Source: Licmophora abbreviata (lineage: Eukaryota). Taken from it: a stretch of 35,632 nucleotides of DNA. Positions 11,362-21,294 of this stretch are shown here, piece after piece. The DNA lies in assembly GCA_900291995.1 (NCBI GenBank), contig OLMU01004772.1, positions 1-35,632 on the forward strand, read 5' to 3'. How positions within the stretch are numbered: the stretch's first letter is position 1; each line of letters begins with the position of its first letter. The position numbers were made by a program, and so were the translations under genes. Below the pieces are notes generated by a model. It saw only the letters and a program-made list of their open reading frames with translations, searched no databases and was not told where the DNA came from.

Positions 11362-13133
11362 ATGGGAAAAGCTCGGGTCGGTGTTCGTTTGAAGGAAGCC
11401 ATTGGCGGGGGCAAGTCCCTGAACCGGTCGTCGGATCTCGTGTCCCTCACAGAGAAGTACAATGTGCTTCGCAAGAAGATTCATGCTTTGATTGGTGCCT
11501 GCAAGAACCACCATGCGGCGTTAGTGCAATTGAGTCAAACTCGTTTGGAGGTACGTAGACCCTACGGGAACTCAGTACTGAAAATGACTTGACGCGCGAT
11601 GTGAATGTGTCCTCGTGACCCAGTCACGAGAGGGAAATACGCGGCGTGGAAAGCGGAGTCTCGTTCGTGGTGTGTGCCTTGTCTGTCGACTGAGTGACTT
11701 CCGGTTCAGTCTCTCTGGTGACAAGTTAGATCGCCGGTGTCTTCTCTCTGTTATCGTTGCTCGTGTCGTCGTTGTCGACCTTGCTCACACAGTGCTCGCC
11801 TGGTTTTCTGTCTTGTACATAGATCGCCAACCGCGTGACCAGTATCTCAAAAGACTCTCCTTTGTTTGAAAGCGCCGGTCAGCTGCCAGAAGAAGGGCAA
11901 GCACGAAACGAGGTGTGCTCGTACTCGTCTGTTCTGCACAGCATGGCGCCCAAGACCAAGGGGTATACAGACAAGTATGCTCAGTTTGTCGTGAACTATG
12001 CCATCGAGTGGGACACTGTCGTGACGAAACGTGTCTCAGTGGGTCTGGCGGAAGCGGAAAAGCTGCGACGGGATCTAGATCACTATCAAAAGAAGGTCGA
12101 ATCGATTCGAGTGACTGTCAACAAGGTCTTGGCGTCGGGCAAGTCTGTCGATTCCAAGCAACAGGAGAGGCTGAGTCGGAACGAAGAAAAGTTACAGACG
12201 GCCAAGGAGTCCTACGATAAGATTGCTACCAATATGTGTATCTTGATTGAGGAAGTGACGGACCGGTCGTGGAGGGACTTGCATCCGATGTTGGTCAAGA
12301 TGGCACAGTTCGATTCGACTTTGAGTAACGATGAAACCAAAGGACTGGCAGAGATGAGTCAAGTTCTGCACAAGCTCAAGACGCTTGCCGACAAACATGA
12401 TCTCAAGCCGCAGGCGCGATTGAAGGATATTGAAACGCTGCAGCCGAGCATGTTGTCGACAAGGAAGGAACCGTATGGGTTGGCGCTTGAGGCTGACCCG
12501 GCGAGTCTCTCAGCGTCGGGTGCGTTTGGTGGTATGTCGCACATGGGCATGGCCTTGCCTGCAGGCAGTGTTGCGCCCCAGGGCTCGGGCGGCTTTCCTG
12601 TACCGGTTCTGTCTCCGTCGGGAGGATCGGCCTTGAGTCGCGATTCGTCCTTTAACTCCTCCTTCGCATCGGCGCCGAACTCGGGCAATCTGTCCACGTC
12701 CGAGATGATGGCGATCTCGGCAAACGCGGCGCCTCCTCCCACCATGGATCAGGTGACGGAAGCTACGCGCAACAGCTTTACGATATCAGGTTCCTCCTAC
12801 CCGCCACCGCTCCACCCGTCCTCCTACAATCGCTCATCGAGCAACCTCAGCATTGACAGTTCCCTTTCGGGGGGATTGGGTCCAGCCTATCCTGCTCCTG
12901 CGGCACCGCCTCCTCCTCCGCCCCCAGCGACGGCTAGTTTGTCCATGTACACGCCATCAGCGCCCTATCCCGGTGGTGCAGCACCCTATGCAGGTGCGCC
13001 TCCTCCTCCAACGTCGCCTTATGGTGCACCCGGGCCGTCTCACCCGTGGTCGACCGGAGCGCCAGCACCGCAACAGTCTCCGTATGCTTCAGCCTATGCT
13101 GGCTCCGCCGCTAACCCGTTTGCCGAGTTTTAG
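11362..13133 (+). CDS. BAR-domain (amphiphysin/endophilin-like) protein with Pro-rich tail and terminal NPF motif
   Basis: Exons 11362-11550 and 11823-13133 (272-nt intron GTACGT...CATAG) join in frame. Helical region with RRDLDHYQKKV...RNEEKLQTAKESY resembles BAR domains. Long P/S/A/Y-rich tail ending NPFAEF. Confidence 0.75.
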
Positions 13134-13271
13134 AACACACAGAGATTTTGAAACTTGCCCTACGGTGAACACGGAGTATAATAGATACGAATGTGCAACC
13201 CAGCAATGCGCAAGAGGTAGTGCATAATTCCAAACTGATCATTGTATCTAGTACTAACTAGCATCCTTATT

Positions 13272-14762
13272 CTACGGAAACCTCTGAACGGCCATGGTCG
13301 CCCCGTACTCTTCGTATTCACCACGGCTAAGCCACAGCTGCTGGAAACTCCCAAGGCTCGTTAGAACACTCGCCCCGATCCACGCCGCGCATGCCCGTTC
13401 GGTGCTATTTCGACTTGCCAATACCTTGCACTTGTAGGAACTCGGCACAACCGTGGTCAGTTCGTACGAGAGCCGCTGTTCCATGTGAGGAAGCAATGAC
13501 GAACCGCCAGTCAAGACAATATTGCCACACAGTTCCTTGCGAGCATCGGCATCTCCCACTGCGCTAAGCGACGAGTGTACCAACTTGTGAAGTGGCAGCT
13601 CCTGTAGGGATTCGTGTTGTGAAAGAACAGAAGACTGTGTACTGGAGGATGTTCCATCCAAAAAAGGAAGGTTGTCGCTAAAGAGTAGCTCGGGCACACG
13701 ACACAGGTCCTTGCCGACTCGTGTTGTCAAATCCACCTTGGTGCCGTCTGGAAGTTCGTAGGAAGTCCCACCATCGACCTGCATCGAGTCTTCATCTTCC
13801 CGGCGATTCGAATATAGGAAAGGCGTTGTATGATCAAGACGCCACTTGGCCATGGACACGTGTTCGGAAGTACGAAACTCGTACATTAGATCGTGCATGG
13901 CCCACCGATGAAGGATACCATTGTCCTTCTCTTCCGTGCTATTACTAGACGCCCGCAACTGATAGCGCGGCTGCAGTGCAACCTTTTCATTCAACAATGC
14001 CTGCCACTGCACATTGCCCAACCAATCCCCTCCTCGTCCATTGCGTCGCTGCGCATGCCGCAGAGGCAGACCATCCACAATGGGCGTGACGCGACATCCC
14101 CCCGCCGCCACGTCCACAGAGACGCACGTCTGCCGACCATGACTGAAGGCTGCCAGCATGGGGGTCGGAGCGACAAAGAGAGCAGAGGCGTCGAACTTTT
14201 CCATCATGAGCTCGGTCAAGTGAATCCGCTGATTGCGCAAAACGGCCTCATCGTACTGCGTGTTTGCAATGTGCGTCGCGCCAGAGTCGACCACCATGAG
14301 GGGGTGCAGAATCTTGCCTTCACCGTACTTGTTGGAACGAATCGTGGAACTCTCAAGCCCAGTAGCTGTTTTCGTCGGCAGCGGAGTTTCTTCCGTCAAA
14401 TTGCCTCCCCCCGTTGTGTGCTTCAAAGTATCTCGCACCCGGAGCACATCGAAACTTCTTTGCCAGACGTGTTCGTACGCATCCCAGTCCTCAATCACAT
14501 CTGCCTGCTGCAAGTACGCCGTAGGGTCGACTTGTGGTTGCATGTAGTCTTCGACTTGCGCCATGCGATATATGGGTTTTATCAAGGAAGGCCGCCCCGA
14601 GTAACACGACGTCGGAATGCTGCTGCTAGTTTTGCCAGCACCGTCTGTCGAAACGTACGACGGGACGACATGTTTGGGAGAGTCTTCTCCGCCGTATCCG
14701 AATCGACTCGTGTGTGATCCGATGTCCCCAATGAACGCACCTGTCTCGTCCCCACAGTACAT
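13272..14762 (-). CDS. ARP4: Actin-related protein 4-like (nuclear ARP, BAF53/ACTL6 group)
   Basis: Starts MYCGDETGAFIGDIGSHTSRFGYGGEDSPK, resembling the ARP4 start MYGGDEV...GYAGEDxPK. Also YELPDG, NIVLTGGSSL and AWIGASVLTSLGSFQQLWLSRGEYEEYG. Intronless. Confidence 0.88.
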   Translation of the reverse strand: MYCGDETGAFIGDIGSHTSRFGYGGEDSPKHVVPSYVSTDGAGKTSSSIPTSCYSGRPSLIKPIYRMAQVEDYMQPQVDPTAYLQQADVIEDWDAYEHVWQRSFDVLRVRDTLKHTTGGGNLTEETPLPTKTATGLESSTIRSNKYGEGKILHPLMVVDSGATHIANTQYDEAVLRNQRIHLTELMMEKFDASALFVAPTPMLAAFSHGRQTCVSVDVAAGGCRVTPIVDGLPLRHAQRRNGRGGDWLGNVQWQALLNEKVALQPRYQLRASSNSTEEKDNGILHRWAMHDLMYEFRTSEHVSMAKWRLDHTTPFLYSNRREDEDSMQVDGGTSYELPDGTKVDLTTRVGKDLCRVPELLFSDNLPFLDGTSSSTQSSVLSQHESLQELPLHKLVHSSLSAVGDADARKELCGNIVLTGGSSLLPHMEQRLSYELTTVVPSSYKCKVLASRNSTERACAAWIGASVLTSLGSFQQLWLSRGEYEEYGATMAVQRFP

Positions 14763-15258
14763 GGTGGAAGGAACGACAGTGAAAAAGTAGGAAAGGAAAC
14801 GCGCACAGCAGTAGCACACAGCAGTTTTGCTATGATATGATATCGTACCAGCATGGAGCGCGGCGCAGCTTTCGTCCTGGCGCCGCCGTCGAGCACATTG
14901 GCTTCGCGCGCTTTTCGCGCTCCGTTTGGCGTTGCGAGGAAGAGAGCTCGCGGAACGAGCAGACTGGCCGAAAATATCAAAAACGTCAATACCGTTTATC
15001 ATTGAAATCATTTTTAAATACGAATATAAATAGCTAATTTCTGCATAGAAATAATATGCAAGCATCTCACGTTGGGAGCCGGCCGATACTGTGGTCCAGG
15101 CCACAACAGTTTGAAGCTTCGTGACGTCCGCGCTGTGCGCCACACACGTCTTTTTCTCCCGCTGCCGCCAAATGAGAACAAAAGCGCTCTCTCGCAGTTC
15201 CCGCATAGTTCGTCTGCTGTCTCTAGTTTTCACAGAGACATCCACATCTGGGATAAGG

Positions 15259-17559
15259 ATGCTGCAGGTTCTCACTGCATCAATAATGGCTGCGGTGTGG
15301 CTGTCGCTGCTGCCCCTGCTAGCCCACGGCGTTCCTGCCGGCTTTGTGGACGAAGAAGTGGCGCAGCTTGTCGTGCCGGGACGCGCCGTCGGGTTTAGCT
15401 TTGTTCCCAAATCAAATAACCAGAGCGAAAGCGGACACGCTATGCTCGTAGCAGCCAAGAGTGGAGAGCTGTATGTATTGCGAGATCCGGATAGGTCTCC
15501 TGACAGTGAACTGATCTTGAATCTGTCGGATCGCATGTGCACGGACTTTGCAAGAGGATTTCAGTCTGTCCTTCCTGACCCCGCCTTTTCCCAAAATGGG
15601 TGGGTTTATCTATTTTATTCTCTCAACAAGTTTGGGAATTGCGACGAGGACGACGTCACTGGTCCGGTGAACCGAATCTCTCGCTTCGTCATGGACAAGG
15701 AAACCTACGAAATTGACACGGAGACGGAAATGGTCCTCCTCGAGACGCCGAGTTTGTTGAAGGGTGTACATCACGGTGGAGACTTAGCGATTGGCAAGGA
15801 CGGCAACCTATACGCTACAATTGGTGACGGTGGAGATCGACGAGGGGCTGTCAGTCAAAATGTGAGCAATCTCTTTGGCTCGGTCTTGCGGCTTACCACG
15901 AGTGGAGCGATTCCGGCCGACAATCCCTTTACTGCGGCGAACGGGTATAAGAGTGCCCGATGCCACATGGATGGGGTCGTGCCCAATGATTTAACGAATG
16001 AATCCTTCTACAGTAACGACCCCGTGTATTGCGAAGAGATTTATTCGTACGGTCTGCGCAATCCCTTCCGCTTTGCATTCGACCCCAACACACCGGACGG
16101 TACCGTTCGTGCTTTGATCAACGATGTCGGGTCGAGCGAGTGGGAAGAAACAAACGAGCTTGTCAGAGGCGCAAACTACGGCTGGCCAGAACGCGAGGGG
16201 CCGTGCGCACTGGGAAGTACGACAAAGTGTGGGGAACACGATTTCACTGACCCAGTCTACTTTTATCAGCACAACGACGAGGGTGGAGCGGCAGTGGGGC
16301 TTGCCTTTGTCCCGAACGGACTGTGGCCTGAAGAGTACGACAACTCAGTTCTCTTTGCAGAGTATGTATTTGGCCAAATCTATCAGCTTGAGGAAGATGC
16401 TGATCACTCGTGCAGTACATGCAGTCCGCCGACGCCTCTCTGGAAGAATACAACATTTCATGAGTTCCAGCGGGTTGTACATTTGGCCTTTGGTCCTTAT
16501 CAAGACACACAGGCTCTCTACTACCTTGCGCGCGGGGGCGGTGGGACGAGTCATATTCGAAGAATACGCTACTTGGGTGGAGAAAACATGGCGCCTGTCG
16601 CAGTCTTGTCTGCTAGTCGGACGGAGGGTTTGGAGGGCGTCGAGGTCGAGTTTGATGGCTCAGGCAGCAGTGATCCCAACGGAGACGAGATAACGTTTGT
16701 CTGGGACTTTGGCGATGGATCAGATACTTTGGAAGGGCCATCGTCGGTGATCTATGAGTATTCCTCGCCTGGTGGCTTTACGGCCTCTTTGACGGTCACG
16801 GATGCGCTCGGGTTCTCGGATACGGCAGAGGTGGACATTACGGTCGGAGTCCCTCCGGTGGTGACGATCGACAGTCCACCGGAAGGAACTGAATTCGCCG
16901 TCGGCGACGTTCTTACGCTCAGTGGCACCGCAATTGACGATAGAGGGAGGAGCATGACTGGAGAATCGCTGTCATGGGAGGTCCGACTGCACCACAACAC
17001 GCACTATCACCCGTTCCTGGACGCTGCTCCAGGGAATGAAATTGCCCTTCAAGCTGCTCCCGGCCCCGAAGACTTCCTGGCATCGACGAACAGCCACCTC
17101 GAAATCATTTTTACGGCGACGGACACGAATGGCGTTCGCGCCTCTGCCAGCCGCATCGTGATGCCCAAGAAGGTAACATTGGAGTTCGACTCAGAGCCGT
17201 CCGGGATAAGCCTGGTGCTGGATGGCTTTACCGTCTCAACTCCCATCGAGGTTGTATCGTGGGAAAATCATCGTCTGCAGGTGGACGCTCCCGATCAAGA
17301 CCCATGGTATTGGTTGTCTTGGTCTCACAACGAACCTCAAACTCATTTTCTTGACGTGCCCGCGGCTGTGGATCGGCAAATACCGAGATTTTTGGCTACC
17401 TTCAAAATGTCTCCCACCGCATCGCCGACACAGCGGGAGGATACTCTGTACACACCGACCAAGCCTGAAATCAGCGCTGGAACAAAAGGCATGAGCTTCA
17501 TCTCCACGGTCACAACTGCGATCTTCTTTCTTGTCGGACTTCATGCTGTGCTGAGCTAG
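15259..17559 (+). CDS. Secreted, probably GPI-anchored glucose/sorbosone dehydrogenase (GSDH) beta-propeller + PKD protein, paralog 1 (766 aa, intronless)
   Basis: Signal peptide ending ...LLPLLAHG|VPAGF. GSDH motifs HHGGDLAIGKDG, ATIGDGG, IPADNPF, YGLRNPFR, NDVG...WEE and GANYGWP. PKD segment FDGSGSSDPNGD...WDFGDG. C-terminal S/T/P linker and hydrophobic tail. Confidence 0.88.
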   Translation: MLQVLTASIMAAVWLSLLPLLAHGVPAGFVDEEVAQLVVPGRAVGFSFVPKSNNQSESGHAMLVAAKSGELYVLRDPDRSPDSELILNLSDRMCTDFARGFQSVLPDPAFSQNGWVYLFYSLNKFGNCDEDDVTGPVNRISRFVMDKETYEIDTETEMVLLETPSLLKGVHHGGDLAIGKDGNLYATIGDGGDRRGAVSQNVSNLFGSVLRLTTSGAIPADNPFTAANGYKSARCHMDGVVPNDLTNESFYSNDPVYCEEIYSYGLRNPFRFAFDPNTPDGTVRALINDVGSSEWEETNELVRGANYGWPEREGPCALGSTTKCGEHDFTDPVYFYQHNDEGGAAVGLAFVPNGLWPEEYDNSVLFAEYVFGQIYQLEEDADHSCSTCSPPTPLWKNTTFHEFQRVVHLAFGPYQDTQALYYLARGGGGTSHIRRIRYLGGENMAPVAVLSASRTEGLEGVEVEFDGSGSSDPNGDEITFVWDFGDGSDTLEGPSSVIYEYSSPGGFTASLTVTDALGFSDTAEVDITVGVPPVVTIDSPPEGTEFAVGDVLTLSGTAIDDRGRSMTGESLSWEVRLHHNTHYHPFLDAAPGNEIALQAAPGPEDFLASTNSHLEIIFTATDTNGVRASASRIVMPKKVTLEFDSEPSGISLVLDGFTVSTPIEVVSWENHRLQVDAPDQDPWYWLSWSHNEPQTHFLDVPAAVDRQIPRFLATFKMSPTASPTQREDTLYTPTKPEISAGTKGMSFISTVTTAIFFLVGLHAVLS

Positions 17560-18112
17560 CCTGCGGCTGACAAGAATACCTGGCATGTCTGTGCTTTTAG
17601 TATACGTTGTAGAATTGGGTATCGTACGATGGGTATTCTTAGCTTTTGATAGAACATATGTTGATTCTACTTTTTATCTAGTGTTGCGTTAGGCTTCCCC
17701 AGATCCAATCTAATCATCTTTTCGAGTCCGTGCTTCGTACCGTGACGGCTTGATGGTAGTCTTATCCCGGATGACGAGACAACACGAATGAATCGGAGGA
17801 TGGGAACGAATCGAATCAATCAAGCGGTGCGGTGCATTGGCTTTCGACGCTTTTTTTGTGGGATCGATTCTCATTCAGATTCCCACAGATTCGATTCGCG
17901 GCCATCAGGCTCGGACTTTCTCTCAACGCAGGGCTTCTCATCGCTCCACACGTTTCGAATCATTAAACGGCCTTACAGGACTGAACATATAATAATTTGC
18001 TCTCTCACGAAAGAGGCAATAGTAATATGACGTCATATTCACACAGAAATCAATTTTTGGTCTCCGGCAGGCCGTGGAAAGGTGATTCGATTCTATTCCT
18101 GCCTTCCCGCGC

Positions 18113-18120
18113 TATAAAAA
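18113..18120 (+). promoter_or_regulatory. TATA-like element upstream of GSDH-PKD paralog 2
   Basis: TATAAAAA about 80 nt before the ATG at 18197. Supported by position only. Confidence 0.3.
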
Positions 18121-18196
18121 ATCAAATGCCGTATTAAAAGGTTTGGCATCATCGTGCACGTTGGAGATTCATTTTATTTTATAGGAAGTCAGGAGC

Positions 18197-20863
18197 ATGA
18201 GAAAGCTCTATGTCAGTGCCATCGCCGCCCTGGCGGCGATCTGCAGTGTCGCGCCTCGGGCCAAGGCGATTCCGGATGGATTCGTCGAAGAAGAAGTCGC
18301 CCGGATCGATTCGGCCGGTGGAGGAACCGGTTTCAATTTTGCCCCGAAGCCCGGTGGAGGACACATGCTTCTGGTCTGCGCCAAGAACGGACTTCTCTAC
18401 GTCGTTACCGATCCAGACACTTCCGATGACCGAAAACTCATTCTCGACATTTCCGACATCATGTGCAGGTATGTTTGATGGTCTGCTTCTGTACGGACGC
18501 ACCTCCTCTCTCTAGCGTTGACACGGGAAAACTTCGAGTACTACTTTCGCCGTCGCATCGTGCATTGGCTCACCCCCACGACGTTCTCCTTTCATTCCAC
18601 AGCAACAAGGCGAGAGGATTGCAATCTGTGGTAGTCAGTCCTGACTTTCTGAACGACCGATACGTGTATGGTGAGCGAAAGTGGACAATGGATCTGCCTT
18701 TCATGCGGGTCGTCATTGTCTGACCGTGCCTCGTTTGTTTGCTTTAGTTTTCTACACCCTCAACAAGTTCAACAACTGTGGAGACAGTCCCGTGGATGGC
18801 CCCGTCAATCGTCTTTCGAGATTCATCATGGAGGATGACTTGACGCTCGACCGCGAGTCTGAGAGTGTCTTGTTGGAGACTTCGAGTTTGCTTATTGGAA
18901 CCAGAAACGGAGGTGATCTTGCGTTCGGCAAAGATGGGTACCTCTATGCAAGTATCGGTATGTTATAACGAAGAGACCATGGCCGAGAAGAAAGTTGCTC
19001 TTGTCTTGTCTCATACTTGACCTCTTGGTTTGTTTCGCTCGTTGCACAGGGGACGGGGGCGACCGCATTGGAGGTGGAAGTCAAGATCTCGGCAAGCTCT
19101 TGGGCTCTATTGTACGCCTCGATAAGGACGGTGGCATTCCAGCCGACAATCCATTCACGTCCAAGTTTGGATATGAGAGTGCACGCTGTCATGTAGATGG
19201 TCTTGCTCCCAATGGAAAGGTGTGCGAAGAAATCTGGGCCTACGGCTTTCGCCAGCCCTTTCGCTTTGCCTTCGACCCGAATACTCCCAATGGCGTTGTC
19301 CGTGCCTTTGTGAACGACGTCGGTGGGTCTGTTTGGGAAGAGATGAGCGAGTTGAAGGCTGGGGGTAACTTTGGCTGGCCGGAGCGTGAGGGCCCCTGTG
19401 TCTTTGGTAGTACTACCAAGTGTGACGCTCCGAGCGACGAGTTTATTGACCCGACGCACTTCTACGTGCATACCGAAGAGGGTGGAGCTGCCGTTGGACT
19501 AGCATTTGTCCCCAATGGACTCTGGCCAGAGGAGTACGACGATTCCCTCATTTTTGCAGACTATGCTTTCAACAAGATGTTTCACCTGGTCAAGGAAGAA
19601 TCCAACCTATGTCGAAGTTGTAACCCACCGAGGTCGGGCTGGAAGAACTCGACGTTTCACAACTACGAACGCATTGTGCAGCTGACATTTGGTCCTTTCA
19701 GATCTACGCAGGCTCTTTACTTTACTGCACGCGAAGGAGGCAACACCAATCATGTCCGCCGCATCTATTTCGACGGTGGCGAGAACAGGTCGCCCAGCGC
19801 TGTCCTCTCCGCTGACATGGAAGAGGGACCGGCTGGAGTAATGGTTCAGTTTGATGGGAGCTCGAGTAGTGATCCGGATGCTGATATTTTAACCTTCGAG
19901 TGGGACTTTGGAGATGGAAATTCTACATTTGTTGGTCCTGCCGTGGTCACACACCAGTACACTCAACCCGGTGACTACCTTGTCGCGCTGACCGTCAGAG
20001 ATCCTGACGGGCTGTTTGACAGGGCTCGCACCACCATTTCCGTTGGGAGTCGACCTGTTGCGACGATGGTTTCGCCTCCGGAAGGAACCACATTTGCTGT
20101 TGGAGACGTATTCACGTTAGTTGGATCTGCCGTGGACGGCTTCGGAAACCCGATGCCAGACAGTGCCCTGGCATGGGAGGTACGCCAACATCACAACACG
20201 CACTTTCACCCTTTCCTGGATAAGTCCCCAGGAAATAACATTGTGCTGAATGGAGCACCGGCGCCGGAAGACTTCGAGGCGACTCTCAACAGCTATCTTG
20301 AAATCATACTTACCGCGACCGATGCGAACGGCGTGTACACTTCCATCAGTCGTTTGATTCAACCAAAATTGACGCTGCTGAACTTTGATACTGTCCCATC
20401 GGGGTTGGAATTAATTCTCGATGACTTTATTGTTCGCACGCCGGTTCAAGTCACATCATGGGAAAACCACCAGCTTCGCTTCGAGGCCCCGCACCAATCG
20501 CCTTGGTTTTGGACGCATTGGTCCAACAATCTTGGACAGCGTCAGACATACGATACCCCCGCCGCTGTGACAGGAGTCGTTCCAATATTCGTTGCCACGT
20601 TCGTCATGGCCAAGGACGCCCCGAGTGAAAATCCAAGTGCGGCACCGTCGGGAGTGGGCGAAACAGACGCACCTGTTGGTCCACTCAGAACAAGCCGCCC
20701 TTCTTCTCCAGCTGCAGGGAATCCCTCGCCTCCCACTCCAACAGTAGAATCATTGGTTCCGCCGACAGAACCGCTAGCTACAAGCGGCTCACCTGGTATT
20801 GCCAGGAGCGCGACCGCAGCCATGTTCGTTGTTCCGGGGGTCGCTTTGCATGTTTTATTTTAG
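18197..20863 (+). CDS. Secreted, probably GPI-anchored GSDH + PKD protein, paralog 2 (787 aa, three introns)
   Basis: Exons 18197-18468, 18603-18670, 18748-18957 and 19050-20863 give one continuous frame collinear with paralog 1 (IPDGFVEEEVA, ARGLQSV, GPVNRLSRF, IPADNPF, NFGWPEREGPC, WDFGDG, HHNTHFHPFLD). Signal peptide, P/S/T stalk and hydrophobic C-terminus. Confidence 0.88.
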
Positions 20864-20933
20864 AGTCAGCAGCGCGACCGCAGACAAGGTTGGTGCTGCG
20901 GGGTCGCTTTGTATGTTTTATTTTCGGGTCAGC
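20807..20933 (+). repeat. Imperfect tandem duplication (64 + 63 nt) spanning the stop codon of GSDH-PKD paralog 2
   Basis: 20807-20870 AGCGCGACCGCAGCCATG...GTCGCTTTGCATGTTTTATTTTAGAGTCAGC versus 20871-20933 AGCGCGACCGCAGACAAG...GTCGCTTTGTATGTTTTATTTTCGGGTCAGC. Confidence 0.85.
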
Positions 20934-21294
20934 AAGAAGAAAGTCTCTTCGTTTAAGATTTGAAAGGAGAATAGGTTTCCTGTTTCCATGTTTTACTGAG
21001 TCTTTTGTTGTGCCGCGTTATCCTCGCCGTCTCTCGTTCGCATGTGCATCTTACAGCACTTGTAGCTACGCCGGGTAGAATTCAGTGCCATGTGAAGTGA
21101 CATGCCTTCGAGCGAGCGAGTGAGTCGAGTCTGAGTCCCCCACTGAGCTTGCCGCAACTCAATGCTATCCGACGTTCGATATTCGCCGACGACTGTCATA
21201 CCGGTGGTGGTGCCATTCTAAACCGGTATTTCTCTACCGTGGTACAGTTCACCATATTATTGACACAGCTATAGAAAAGTAAGCTTAGAATGGG

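Noticed and set aside
12780..13130. Pro/Ala/Tyr-rich quasi-repeats as a DNA repeat or array
   Set aside because: Low-complexity protein tail of the BAR protein; no regular nucleotide period or spacer structure.
14763..15542. 260-aa N-terminal extension of the actin-like ORF overlapping the GSDH gene antisense
   Set aside because: ARP4 homology begins exactly at MYCGDE (14762). The extension crosses an AT-rich intergenic tract and is best explained as a chance open frame.
15259..20863. Bacterial contamination or a prokaryotic operon as the source of the GSDH-PKD genes
   Set aside because: Paralog 2 has three spliceosomal introns, both copies have GPI-like tails, and the flanking genes are clearly eukaryotic.
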